64,000 nucleotides of DNA from an uncultured Holophagae bacterium. Its GTDB lineage: Bacteria; Acidobacteriota; Thermoanaerobaculia; Thermoanaerobaculales; Sulfomarinibacteraceae. Positions 1 through 10,706 of the stretch are shown here, piece by piece. Made by a program: the position numbers and the translations under genes. The stretch is from the NCBI GenBank assembly GCA_963714385.1, contig CAVQOJ010000003.1:263720-327719 (forward strand). The letters are read 5' to 3'. Every line of letters begins with the position of its first letter. Position 1 is the stretch's first letter. The notes beneath the pieces are model-generated. The model saw nothing but the letters and a program-made list of their open reading frames with translations, searched no databases and was not told the DNA's origin.

Positions 1-1436
1 ACTCGGGGGTCGCGCCGCGACTCTGCCCGGATGGTCTTTTCATCGAGACGGAGGACCCGGCCTCGGCGGGGTCCGCGGTGGGCTTCCGCGTGGTTCTGGC
101 CGATGGTGTGGTGTTGATTCAGGGGTGGGGTACCGTGCTGTGGACCCGGCTGCCGGGGTCGATCGAGGGGCCCCCCGGAATGGCCGTCCAGTTCGGCGAT
201 ATCAACGGTGACACGCGGGAGACCATCGATGCGGTCATCGACGCCCACCTGTCGACCGGTGGCGAGCTCTTCGACCTCGATGGGCGCGGCATCCGGGACG
301 TGTACCCGACGGACGTCCTCGATCAGTCGACCCAGATGACGGCGGCGTCGCCAAGGTGGCTGCCGGATGCCGAGCTTGGAGGTTTGCCGGCCGGAGCCTG
401 GACGGGACGTGCAACCGCGGCCGACGCCGGTGACGACGACACCGGCGTCGTCGACCTCAGATTCGAAGAGGCGATTTCGGGCTTGACGCAGGGCGGTGGA
501 GGGCCGGATCCCGGCGAGGTGGGAGCCATCGATCAGGCGATCGCTGCGGCGGTTATTGCGCCGGCCACCGGCGACGTTCCGGCCGGCGACGAACCCGCCG
601 ACAGCGCCGCGGGCGTTTCCTGGGAGGACGGGAATGGGGACCAGATTCCGGACATCCTGGACGAGTGGCGGGAGGAGCTGCGGATCGCCAGTCCCAAGCC
701 GGACCAGGTGCGGACCGGCTCAGGGTCGGGTTTTGAAACCGCGCCCTGGGAATCTCTGCTGCCGTTCTTGGGGGACGACGACAGCTTGAGAGATGGACCC
801 GGAACTGCGCCGCGGCCGGATCGACGGGTTTCTAGCGCACGACGGTCCACCGTCAATTCCGTCGGCTGGAATCGGCTCTGGTTGGTGCTTCCCGGGGCGC
901 TCGTGATTCTCACCATCGGAGCGGTGGTGCTGTTGATCGGCGGCGGCCCAGAGGTGCCGGACGAGGCGATCGAGTCGGCACCGGTTCCGGTGGTCGCCGC
1001 ACAGATCGAGGAGTCCGAGGGTGAGGTCACGGAGGGTGTGGAACCGAAGACCGTACCCACGGTGGCTGTAGCCTCATCATCCGCCGCACCGGCGGCGATC
1101 GTCACCGCGGTCGAGTGGAGCTCGGAGCCCGGCGCCACCGAGGTGGTCATCCGTGGAAACGGCCCCTTCGATCCGGGCCAGGTGGACGCCAGTCGATTGA
1201 CCGACCCGCCGCGGGTCCTGGTGCGCCTGCGGCGCATCGGCAAGCCCTACGCTCCGATTCAAATCGAGGTCGGCACGCCGGAGCTTGCCGCCGTGCGGAT
1301 CGGGCACCACCCCGAGCTGCGGCCGGCGACCCTTTACGTGGTGCTGGACCTGACGACGCCGACGGTCAGCTCCACCGATGCCCTGAGGGTGGATGGCAAT
1401 GTGGCCCGGGTGACCGTGCGGTCCGCCGGTCGATGA
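1..1436 (+). CDS. PilZ-like / AMIN-domain membrane protein, 5-prime partial
   Basis: ORF 78..1436 stays open upstream to base 3 (..LCPDGLFIETEDPASAGSAVGFRVVLADG.. looks like the end of a PilZ fold). One TM segment (LWLVLPGALVILTIGAVVLLIGG). The C-terminal ~100 aa (VTAVEWSSEPGATEVVIRGNGPF...LYVVLDL...ARVTV) resembles an AMIN domain. Confidence 0.55.
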   Translation, partial: SGVAPRLCPDGLFIETEDPASAGSAVGFRVVLADGVVLIQGWGTVLWTRLPGSIEGPPGMAVQFGDINGDTRETIDAVIDAHLSTGGELFDLDGRGIRDVYPTDVLDQSTQMTAASPRWLPDAELGGLPAGAWTGRATAADAGDDDTGVVDLRFEEAISGLTQGGGGPDPGEVGAIDQAIAAAVIAPATGDVPAGDEPADSAAGVSWEDGNGDQIPDILDEWREELRIASPKPDQVRTGSGSGFETAPWESLLPFLGDDDSLRDGPGTAPRPDRRVSSARRSTVNSVGWNRLWLVLPGALVILTIGAVVLLIGGGPEVPDEAIESAPVPVVAAQIEESEGEVTEGVEPKTVPTVAVASSSAAPAAIVTAVEWSSEPGATEVVIRGNGPFDPGQVDASRLTDPPRVLVRLRRIGKPYAPIQIEVGTPELAAVRIGHHPELRPATLYVVLDLTTPTVSSTDALRVDGNVARVTVRSAGR

Positions 1437-1457
1437 GGTGAGCGGGCGGAAAGAAGG

Positions 1458-2309
1458 GTGAGCGGCTTGCGCTGTCTCTTCGTGTCGGACCTCCACGGGC
1501 GATCCGAGCGGTATGGCAAGCTGGTGGCGGCGGCCTTGGACGAGCGCCCCGATGTAGTGCTGATCGGCGGCGACCTGCTGCCCTTCGGGCGCCAGTGGGC
1601 GGGGGGCAGCTTCGTGGCCGAGGTGATGGGACCTGAGTTTTCAAAGCTCGTCGATCGGCTCGGCAGCGATGCGCCAAAGGTGCTGATCATCTGCGGCAAC
1701 GACGATCCCCGCGACCGCGAGCCCGAGCTGCTTGAGGGAGATGCGGCGGGTCTCTGGACCTACTTGAACGAGCGGTCGGTGGAGATCGGAGGGTTTGGCT
1801 TCACCGGCTACTGCTTTGTCCCGCCGACGCCGTTCATGCTCAAGGACTGGGAACGGTACGACGTGTCGCGTCATGTGGACCCGGGCTGCGTCTCTCCCGA
1901 GCACGGCAGGCGCACGGTGCCGGTTGCGGCCGGCGAGGCCCGGGACCGAACCATCGCCGCGGACCTCGCGAGCCTCGCTGCGGACCGTGATGTGTCGCGG
2001 GCGGTGATCCTCTTCCACTCACCGCCCTACCGGACGGCGCTGGATCGGGCGGCCCTCGACGGAAAGGCGGTTGACCACGTGCCGCTGGACGTCAACGTGG
2101 GGTCGGTGGCCATTTCGCGCTTCATCGTAGAGCGCCAGCCGCTGCTGACCCTGCACGGCCACGTCCACGAGTCGACCCGACTCACCGGTTCATGGCGTGA
2201 CAAGATCGGACGAACCCACGCCTTCAACGCCGCTCACAACGGGCCCGAGCTGGCGCTCATCCGTTTTGATCTGAACGATCTGGACAACGCCACGCGTCAG
2301 CTGATCTGA
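1458..2309 (+). CDS. metallophosphoesterase (calcineurin-like phosphoesterase)
   Basis: 283-aa ORF with the ordered motifs SDLHG, GGDLLP, GNDD, HSPP and HGHVHES typical of the metallophosphatase fold. Confidence 0.8.
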   Translation: MSGLRCLFVSDLHGRSERYGKLVAAALDERPDVVLIGGDLLPFGRQWAGGSFVAEVMGPEFSKLVDRLGSDAPKVLIICGNDDPRDREPELLEGDAAGLWTYLNERSVEIGGFGFTGYCFVPPTPFMLKDWERYDVSRHVDPGCVSPEHGRRTVPVAAGEARDRTIAADLASLAADRDVSRAVILFHSPPYRTALDRAALDGKAVDHVPLDVNVGSVAISRFIVERQPLLTLHGHVHESTRLTGSWRDKIGRTHAFNAAHNGPELALIRFDLNDLDNATRQLI

Positions 2310-2382
2310 ATCAATCAAAAATCGAAGATCCCCGCGCGCCCGCCGGGGTGGAGGGGCTATGGGGCGATGAGCTTTGGGGCGC

Positions 2383-2417
2383 CGAGATTCCAGATCCCCG
2401 AATCCCGAGCCCCGATG
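2383..2417. repeat. weak period-7 array (CGAGATT CCAGATC CCCGAAT CCCGAGC CCCGATG)
   Basis: Five degenerate heptads in register. A G-rich stretch lies just upstream (2345..2379, GGGG T GG A GGGG CTAT GGGG .. GGGG). Lies in the convergent spacer 2310..2523. Confidence 0.4.
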
Positions 2418-2462
2418 ATTGGTGTTTTGCTGTGTCCCTTTTCCGCGCGGGTGGGTGGGGGC

Positions 2463-2497
2463 AATTTTCAATTTTCAATTTTCAATTTTCAATCTTT
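2463..2497. repeat. period-7 tandem array AATTTTC x4 plus one degenerate unit, preceded by a G-box
   Basis: Perfect units at 2463-69, 2470-76, 2477-83 and 2484-90, then AATCTTT. GGGTGGGTGGGGG lies immediately upstream (2449..2461). Confidence 0.9.
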
Positions 2498-2523
2498 CGA
2501 TCGCCTGTCCGCGGACGCACCGA

Positions 2524-5500
2524 TCAATCGGGTGCTTTCCCCAGCGGCAGCTTGAGGGCGGGATCGGTGACCGCACCGATCTTGGCGGCGAAGCTGGTCC
2601 GGCGAGTGATGTCGTCGTCGGTGACGAAGTGCACGTCGAGCAGCCTGCGGCTCCGGTAACCCGTCCGCAGGTAGTTGATTTCGCCAAGGCAGAGGCTCCA
2701 CCCGTCGAGCCAGGTCTTGAGGTCTCGCTGTTGATCCGCGGAACCGTTGACATGGATCAGCAGGTCGATGTCCGACGACGGGCCAGCGCTGGCGTTCTTG
2801 GTGCTGCCGATGACGTAGAAGGCCTTCACGCCGAAGCGCTCAGCGTCGATTTCCCGCCCGATCTGCTCGGCCATCCGCATCCGCCACCGCCAGAACCCGC
2901 CGGGCCGTTCGGGTGTTTGACCTCCGGGGCGGGAATCGGAGGTACCGCGCCCGGCCTCGGGATCAGCGAGGAATCCGACGGCTTCGTCGAGATCCGCGTT
3001 CATCAGGACGCGCAGCACCCGTCCGTGCGACGACATGGGGACGTCGATCACCCGGACCACCGACTCGAGGTGGGCGTACTCCGGCGCCATTTCGGCCAGG
3101 AGGTTGGGCGCCCGGAGCAGGAAACGCTGGTTGAGAACTCCGGCCGAATCGTCGGGGTAGAGCGGGATGTACCTGATGGACGACTCCACCAGATCCTGGA
3201 AGAAGTGGGTTCCGAAGGAGAGATCGGGCACGTAGCTGCCCTTTTGACGGGCGATCTCGACCAGCACAGCGGTGTTGTTGATGTCCGAGTAGGTGACGTT
3301 GACGCCCATCCGGATGTCGCCGCGACTGCCCCAGCGGCCCGGCCCCATGAGGATGAACTGGCGTTTCGGCAGGACCTTGTTGAGCTTGCCGACCGCCTGG
3401 CCGACCGCGACCAGGTCGGCCCGTTCCGGCAGGGCGCCGTAGCCGTCAGGGTCGACGTAGACGATATGGGTGATGTCCGGAACCCAGCCGTTGGAAATGT
3501 AGCGGTTGGCCCGGAAGACCTTGTCTTCCTCGGCGATGTCCATCGGGATGGGGGCAGGAGTGTCCTGGGCCGAGTAGCTCTGGGGCCGGCATTGGAGGAG
3601 GTAGAAATCACTGCCGTCGAAGGCGAACTCGATGTCCACCGGGGTGCCGAGGTGCTCCTCCAGGATTTTGAGGATGTTGCCCACGTCACGAACGAAGGAG
3701 GTGTCCGAGATCAGCCCGTTGAAGTCGGCGACCAGCTCGTCTCGTTCGGGATCCACCAACACCGGCACCGCCCTCCGAAGGGTGTCGTCCTCGAGCACCG
3801 AGAAGACCTTGTCGAAGGCCGGATACGCGCCCCCGCACGATCGGAGGAGGTCCTTGATGCTCATTGTCTCGAAGCAGTTTGTGGTCAGGTTGAGGACGTC
3901 GATCTGGGTGGGCGAGTAGCGAATGGTCTCGTCGATGGTGGTGTTGACTCGGAGGCTCGGCTGCCCCGGAACCGCCAGGATCGGATAGTCGTCGCTGACC
4001 CGGTCGACGGCGCGCGTGCCGAGGCCGGGGACCAGCCGCAGCAGGCCGTCTTCGCGCTGGATTCGCGGCGACCAGCGGAACTCGTTGTTGGAGAAGGCCA
4101 CCCCGGCCAGGGCCGGGAAGAAGTAATCGCCGACCCGGCGTCCGACCACCTCCTGGATCAGCACCGCCATCTCCTCGTGAAAGTCGAGCAGGCCCTTCTC
4201 CCTTCGGTAGGCGATCGGATCGGGTCCGAAGATGGACGCGTAGACCTCGGTGATGGCGTCGAGCACGGCGCGCAGCCGCTCCGATTTGTCGCCCTGATTG
4301 GCCAGGAACAGGCTCTTGTACTTACCCGAGAAGGCGGAGCCCATCCGATCCTCGAGCAGGCTCGACGAGCGCACGATGAGAGGGTTCTCTCCGACCTCGT
4401 CCAACAGCATGGACAGGCCGCGGACGATGTCGGGTGGGAAGCGGGAGCTTTTGAACAGCTTGACGATGTTGGGGTACTCATGCCTGACCTGCTGGATCTC
4501 GCGGTACTTCTGTTGGAGAACCTCCTCGAGGTCGTTGTACTCGATGAAGTTCATGATCTCTTCGGAAGCCACGTACCAGCTTCGAGGCACCTTGACGGTG
4601 CCTACGGATCGGTCTTCATCCTGGAGTTTGGTCAGGATCTTCTGTGCGAGGAAGAGCCCGGAGGTCTTGCCGCCCAGCTTGCCGTAGCTGTCGGAGGACA
4701 GGATGACGTGGTCGAGCAGGTCGAGGAAGTCGCTGATGTCGAGGACCTCCTTGGCGACGGTGATGAGCTCGAGCTGCTCGGTGAGGAACCGTCGGATGAG
4801 GGCGACGGTCAGGCCGTCGACGGTGGACCGCGACAGCTCAGTGCCGCCGGACACGAGGTGGTGAAAGCGCTGCAAGCTCTCCGAGACCTCGGGAAGTGAG
4901 GACCTCGGGTTGTTGAGCACCTTCGGCAGGAAGCTGGCGTTGTCCTCGACGATCCACCCCTGGATCAGGTTGAACACTTCGTTGTGGCCGAGCACCGACG
5001 ACGCCAGCTCGAAAGGTCTGCCCCCCAGGAGCATTGGCTCGTTGATTCGACCCACCGGACCGGGGACATTGACCTCACCCGTGACACCCTGTGCCGGCTC
5101 CACCTCCCCGTACATTTCCTCGAGCAGCGCCTGGGATCCGTCGACACCGGCCCACCGCAGGTGGTTGACCATCTTGCGGGCGATCCGCAGGTAGAGCTTG
5201 CGGTCCGTGTGGCGGAGCAGGTCGATGGGACCCCGCCAACGGTCGGCCACCTGATCCTCGGTGTCCATTCCGGCGGTGGTCCACTCCAGCCGCATGTCGC
5301 GGAGCCGCTGGTAGAGAATGAAGTGTCCGATCCGCTCGGCGATGGTCCGGATCAGCCGCTCTTCCTCCTTCAGGAACGGCCCGATGTCCTCCCGGGGGCG
5401 CTCCTCGAGATAGCAGACGGTGAGGCTGCCAACCACCTCGTCCTGGGTGGTGATCGACGTGGTTTGCTCCCAGGGGGTGGAGCGAAAATCGGGGCTTTGA

Positions 5501-5712
5501 AACAGGCGGTCGCCGTAATGGATCTTCGCCCGGCAAACGTCGGGGTACTGCCAGCCGGGGGGAATCGCCTTCACCACGGCCTGGAGGGCCTCGTCCAGCG
5601 GGCGGTCGAGCTGGCCGAAGATCTGCTCGACCTCGTACAGGCAGTTCAGCTCCTTGGCGCGCTCCTGGAGGGATGCCAACAGCTTTTCGACCGGCCGTTC
5701 GGAGTCAGTCAT
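2524..5712 (-). CDS. PEP/pyruvate-binding (PPDK_N ATP-grasp) protein with C-terminal nucleotidyltransferase domain
   Basis: 1062-aa ORF. Central GGKTSGLFLA ... VRSSSLLEDRMGSAFSGKYKS block is PPDK_N-like. The LMGPGRWGSRGD ... SFGTHFFQDL block is shared with two paralogues in this window. C-terminal FYVIGSTKNASAGPSSDIDLLIHV is a minimal nucleotidyltransferase motif. No phosphohistidine swivel motif seen. Overlaps the upstream gene by 8 nt. Confidence 0.75.
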   Translation of the reverse strand: MTDSERPVEKLLASLQERAKELNCLYEVEQIFGQLDRPLDEALQAVVKAIPPGWQYPDVCRAKIHYGDRLFQSPDFRSTPWEQTTSITTQDEVVGSLTVCYLEERPREDIGPFLKEEERLIRTIAERIGHFILYQRLRDMRLEWTTAGMDTEDQVADRWRGPIDLLRHTDRKLYLRIARKMVNHLRWAGVDGSQALLEEMYGEVEPAQGVTGEVNVPGPVGRINEPMLLGGRPFELASSVLGHNEVFNLIQGWIVEDNASFLPKVLNNPRSSLPEVSESLQRFHHLVSGGTELSRSTVDGLTVALIRRFLTEQLELITVAKEVLDISDFLDLLDHVILSSDSYGKLGGKTSGLFLAQKILTKLQDEDRSVGTVKVPRSWYVASEEIMNFIEYNDLEEVLQQKYREIQQVRHEYPNIVKLFKSSRFPPDIVRGLSMLLDEVGENPLIVRSSSLLEDRMGSAFSGKYKSLFLANQGDKSERLRAVLDAITEVYASIFGPDPIAYRREKGLLDFHEEMAVLIQEVVGRRVGDYFFPALAGVAFSNNEFRWSPRIQREDGLLRLVPGLGTRAVDRVSDDYPILAVPGQPSLRVNTTIDETIRYSPTQIDVLNLTTNCFETMSIKDLLRSCGGAYPAFDKVFSVLEDDTLRRAVPVLVDPERDELVADFNGLISDTSFVRDVGNILKILEEHLGTPVDIEFAFDGSDFYLLQCRPQSYSAQDTPAPIPMDIAEEDKVFRANRYISNGWVPDITHIVYVDPDGYGALPERADLVAVGQAVGKLNKVLPKRQFILMGPGRWGSRGDIRMGVNVTYSDINNTAVLVEIARQKGSYVPDLSFGTHFFQDLVESSIRYIPLYPDDSAGVLNQRFLLRAPNLLAEMAPEYAHLESVVRVIDVPMSSHGRVLRVLMNADLDEAVGFLADPEAGRGTSDSRPGGQTPERPGGFWRWRMRMAEQIGREIDAERFGVKAFYVIGSTKNASAGPSSDIDLLIHVNGSADQQRDLKTWLDGWSLCLGEINYLRTGYRSRRLLDVHFVTDDDITRRTSFAAKIGAVTDPALKLPLGKAPD

Positions 5713-7453
5713 GGCGGGTCATCACTCCCCGTCCCCGGCTCCCGTCGACGCGGACGCCGAGAGGTTTGGGGACTCTGACGTGACGGATGTTGTCGGTTTC
5801 GAAGACGGCGGGTTGCGACTCCAGCCATGCCCAGTCGACGGTGCCCGGGCGGTGGTGCTCGACGGCGAGGCAGAGCACCTGGAAGCTGAGCACGTTGTGG
5901 AAGAAGTGCGAGCCCTGGCTGAGGTCCGGGTCGATCTCGGGGGTCGTGACCTCGATGATGACCCTGGCGCCGCTGATCTGTCCCCAGGCCACCGGAACGC
6001 CGAGCCGCTCGTCGGAGGTGCCCCAGCGGCCGAAGCCCAGCAGAACGTACCGGCGCCCGTCGGCGAGCAGGTTCCGATTGATCGTCTCCAGGTCCCGGGC
6101 CATGATCGAGGTAGAGCGGGGATCGAAGGCGTCCGGGCGGATGTAGACGATGTCTCTGATGTCGTGGAGCTCGCCGTTGCCGAGCACCCTGGTGGACGAA
6201 ATCACCACGTTGTCGCCGGTCAGATCGGCATCTTCGACGCGCACTTCCTCGAGGCCCACCCGCATCGGCCGAACCTGGAGAAACCCGAATCGCGCGGGCA
6301 GGAGATCTGTGCGATGGAGGCGCACGGCGAACTCGATCTCGACGTCGGCCCCCAGCGACGCCTTCGAGTGGTTCAGCAGATCGGTGATCAGGCTGACGAA
6401 GCCATCCCACCGCGAGCCGATCAGGGGGGCGAAGGTGAGGGCTCTCGGCCCTCGACCCCCCATTCCGGGGTTGATCCGGTCGGAACCTCCATCGTAGGTG
6501 GAGACGACGTGGTTGAGGGAGCCGTCCGCTTCCGCCTCCTTGAGGCCGGGCCGCACCAGGTACTCGGTCTCCCGCACCGGGTCGGGCAGCGGCGGGTCCC
6601 CCATGTGAACCGCCCAGAACTCCCGCTGGGTGTTCTTGAGCAGGTCGCCGACGTCGTTGAAGGGCGGCGGCGCAGCCGGCGCCGAGGGCGAGAAACCCCA
6701 GCACAGGCCGCCGTCGACGATGGTCTTGCCCAGCCCGAGCGCCAGATAGACCACGCCCTCATCGCCCCGAGCGCGGCCGGTGGGGTAGAAGTTGAACGAG
6801 CGCGCCACCCCGGACACGGTTGGGTAGAAACGGTCACCGACGCGCTCGCCGATCACCTCCTGAACGATCACCGCCATTTCCTCTGCCGGCGTGTCGTGGC
6901 CGAGGGCACGGTGGTAATCCCGGGCGGCGGAGAAGAAGGTGCTCGCATAGACGAACTTCACCGCCTCCGCCAGGCGGCGGAACCTGGCATCCTCCTCGAT
7001 CTCGTTGTTGGGGATCATCTTGGTGGCGTAGACCCCGGCAAAGGGGTGGCGAAGGTCGTCCTCGAGCAGGCTCGACGAGCGAACCGCCAGTGGAGTGTGG
7101 ACCGACGAGATTAGGCCTCGCAGGTCGCCCACCAGCTCGGCGGGGAGCTCGGCTCGTTGGAAGGCGTGGGCGATGCGGTCATCCGAGACGTCGGACGTCA
7201 CCACGGGGCGGAGTTGGTTTTGATCCATGAAGGCGCGGAACAGATCGGTGGAGATCACGGTCATTGTCGGCACCGTGACGGTGATCCCGGGATACTTCCC
7301 CTGATCAAGCCGGGGGAGGATGTCCGCGTCGATCAGACGCAGGCCGCTCGCCTTGCCGCCGAGTGCACCCGTACCGATCCGGGTGAGGGTCTCACCGGTC
7401 TCGGTGAAGGTGCGATCGAACCGCGGGATGTCCCGCGACGGGTCCTTCGTCAT
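5705..7453 (-). CDS. PEP/pyruvate-binding (PPDK_N ATP-grasp) domain protein, no swivel domain
   Basis: 582-aa ORF with GALGGKASGLRLI and LAVRSSSLLEDDLRHPFAGVYATK, followed by the C-terminal LLGFGRWGTSDERLGVPVAWGQIS ... SQGSHFFHNV block. Confidence 0.75.
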   Translation of the reverse strand: MTKDPSRDIPRFDRTFTETGETLTRIGTGALGGKASGLRLIDADILPRLDQGKYPGITVTVPTMTVISTDLFRAFMDQNQLRPVVTSDVSDDRIAHAFQRAELPAELVGDLRGLISSVHTPLAVRSSSLLEDDLRHPFAGVYATKMIPNNEIEEDARFRRLAEAVKFVYASTFFSAARDYHRALGHDTPAEEMAVIVQEVIGERVGDRFYPTVSGVARSFNFYPTGRARGDEGVVYLALGLGKTIVDGGLCWGFSPSAPAAPPPFNDVGDLLKNTQREFWAVHMGDPPLPDPVRETEYLVRPGLKEAEADGSLNHVVSTYDGGSDRINPGMGGRGPRALTFAPLIGSRWDGFVSLITDLLNHSKASLGADVEIEFAVRLHRTDLLPARFGFLQVRPMRVGLEEVRVEDADLTGDNVVISSTRVLGNGELHDIRDIVYIRPDAFDPRSTSIMARDLETINRNLLADGRRYVLLGFGRWGTSDERLGVPVAWGQISGARVIIEVTTPEIDPDLSQGSHFFHNVLSFQVLCLAVEHHRPGTVDWAWLESQPAVFETDNIRHVRVPKPLGVRVDGSRGRGVMTRHD

Positions 7454-7533
7454 GACCTGTCCAGGGTGCGGTCGAGACAGAACGATGTCAAGCAGAGGGC
7501 TCGCACCGTACGAGCGGAATGACCTTCCGAGCG

Positions 7534-7561
7534 AGTCAAAAGTCGAAAGTCGAAAGTCAAA
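7534..7561. repeat. period-7 array AGTCAAA AGTCGAA AGTCGAA AGTCAAA
   Basis: Four units in exact register. Left arm of an inverted pair with 7607..7641. Confidence 0.9.
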
Positions 7562-7606
7562 AATCCATTGACTCGGGTCGAATCAGCAAGGACGAGCGGC
7601 AACCAG

Positions 7607-7641
7607 GACTTTAGACTTTGGGCTTTAGACTTTAGACTTTT
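7607..7641. repeat. period-7 array GACTTTA GACTTTG GGCTTTA GACTTTA GACTTTT
   Basis: Five units, reverse-complementary in 6 of 7 positions per unit to the 7534..7561 array. The spacer between the arms is 45 nt. Confidence 0.9.
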
Positions 7642-7653
7642 TTCTCGAGAAGT

Positions 7654-8941
7654 TCAGACCCACCCGCGTTCATAGCACAGAGTGGCGACCCGATCGACGG
7701 CGATGACCAGGGCGGCCTCGCGCATGGTAAGCCCCTTTTTGCGGCTGAGCTCGGAGACCGCGATGAACGCCGAGGTGATCTGGCGGTCGAGCTTGGAGAG
7801 GATCTCGTCGAGCCGCCAGTAGTAGTTCATGGCGCCCTGGACCTGCTCGAAGTACGAGCAGGTGACGCCGCCGCCGTTGGCCAGGATGTCCGGAATGATG
7901 AAAACACCGCGATCGAGCAGAATCTGCTCGGCGGCCGGGGTGGTGGGTCCGTTGGCGCCCTCGGCGACGATCCGGACCGTCGACCGAACCCGGACTACGT
8001 TGTCGGCGGTGATCTGATGCTCCAGGGCGGCGGGAATCAGAATCTCCACCTCCTGCTCGAGCCAGGCATCGCCCGCCAGCACTTCATACCCGAGCTTCGA
8101 CGCCTTGTCGCGGTCGATGTCGCCGAGACGGTCCGAGGCTTCTCGGAGCTCCGCGAGGTCGACGCCACCGTTCTTGCGGAACGCCACCGCCTCGCCGCGA
8201 CCGTGATCCCAGCACGAAACGCACACCACGGCTGCCGCCGATCCGCTGATAGAGCTCGATGGCGTGCTGGGCCACGTTGCCGAATCCCTGCACCGATGCG
8301 GTGGTGGCGGCAGGGTCGAGGCCGACCTCCTTGAGCGCCTCGCGAAGGGTGTAGACCAACCCGTAGCCGGTGGCTTCGGGCCGTCCCAGGGAGCCTCCGG
8401 CACCGATGGTCTTGCCGGTGAGCGAACCGGGAGCGTGCTCGCCCAGCACCGTCTCGTACTCGTCGAGCATCCAGGTCATGTGCTGGGCTGTGGACATGAT
8501 GTCGCGCGACGGCACGTCGCGGCCCGGACCGAGGTAGCGGGCGGTCTTGCGGACCCAGGCGCGGCAAAGCCGCTCCTGCTCCGCCGGGCTCAGCCGGTGG
8601 GGGTCGCACAAGACTCCGCCCATGCTGCCGCCGAGAGGCAGGTCCAAAAGCGCGGTCTTCCAGGTCATCCACATGGCCAGAGCCCTGATGGTGTCGATGG
8701 TCTCGAGGGGGTGGAAGCGGACGCCGCCCCAGAATGGGCCCCGCACGTCGTTGTGCTGCACCCGGTGCCCCCTGAAGACCTCGACCTTGCCGTTGTCCAT
8801 TTTCACCGGCAGGGCGAAGTGGTGCTCGTGCAAGGGGGATCGTAGGAGCTGCCGCACCGGCTCGTCGAGTCCCATCAGGTCGGCCGTGTTGTCGAACTGG
8901 GTCTGGGCGACTGCGAAGGCATTGAAAACGGTGTCGTTCAT
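7654..8941 (-). pseudogene. Glu/Leu/Phe/Val dehydrogenase family gene interrupted by one frameshift (or an assembly indel)
   Basis: N-terminal half lies in ORF 8084..9067 from ATG 8941 (MNDTVFNAF ... [13 protein letters not shown] ... [22 protein letters not shown]). C-terminal half lies in ORF 7654..8403 (AAVVCVS ... [46 protein letters not shown]). The frames meet near 8232..8245, and skipping one nt restores a single ~428-aa protein. Confidence 0.75.
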
Positions 8942-9023
8942 CGGGATGGACCCCCTCGGAGCGATGATGGCACATCTTGAGAACGGGGGTGGAGAGAGTA
9001 TGGGGGTGGGGAGGGTGAAGGAG

Positions 9024-9051
9024 GAAATTCGAAATTCGGAATTCGAATTCC
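9024..9051. repeat. period-7 array GAAATTC GAAATTC GGAATTC GAATTCC, preceded by a G-box
   Basis: Four units in register. G tracts at 8985-89, 9002-06, 9008-11 and 9013-15 lie immediately upstream. Confidence 0.85.
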
Positions 9052-9066
9052 GAGTATGGAGTAACA

Positions 9067-9092
9067 AAACGGCGGCCCGAAGGCCGCCGTTT
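9067..9092 (-). terminator. hairpin terminator downstream of gdhA
   Basis: AAACGGCGGCC cgaa GGCCGCCGTTT: perfect 11-bp stem with a 4-nt loop, 21 nt after the gdhA stop. On the minus strand it is followed by TGTT. Confidence 0.6.
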
Positions 9093-9112
9093 GATTCGAG
9101 CCGATTTTAAGA

Positions 9113-10531
<1,419 letters not shown>

Positions 10532-10706
10532 TCAGATGACAGCGTGATGATCCGAGTTTCGAGCGACGACTCTTCGGTCGGGGGCAGGTGAGGAACGCGG
10601 GTTCGTGACGAAAGCTGGAGTGGACGCTCCATGGCCAGCGAGGATACTCTTGCGGCCCAACGATGACAACCGGGGGATTTGGCGACTGTCGATAGCCCGC
10701 CCCCCG

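Noticed and set aside
2461-2497. Heptad arrays considered as CRISPR arrays or as coding repeats. Their translations look like FNFQFSIFNFQ, KVESRKSKV and FRIPNSEFRIPNS.
   Set aside because: The period is 7 nt with no spacers, so they are not CRISPR. Seven is not a multiple of 3, so the peptide repeats are artefacts of translating the array. ORFs that run into arrays (10707..13913, 8084..9067, 32602..33831 and others) were trimmed to internal starts.
2419-4899. Very long ORFs antisense to real genes: 2419..4899 (+), 5654..7114 (+), 11847..13055 (+), 16928..19579 (+), 22621..24081 (+), 25250..26479 (-), 26486..28612 (-), 37545..38855 (-).
   Set aside because: Each mirrors a gene with clear family motifs on the other strand. 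Their translations are Arg/Gly/Asp/Val/Pro-rich low-complexity sequence with no motif. Such shadow ORFs are expected in high-GC DNA.
8232-8245. Programmed +1 ribosomal frameshifting as the explanation for the four same-direction frame breaks (glutamate dehydrogenase, GH5-like glycosidase, M28 peptidase x2).
   Set aside because: No shared slippery or stop-codon context, no upstream Shine-Dalgarno-like stimulator, and the genes are unrelated. Indel error or pseudogenisation is more parsimonious. This is kept only as a check in the findings.
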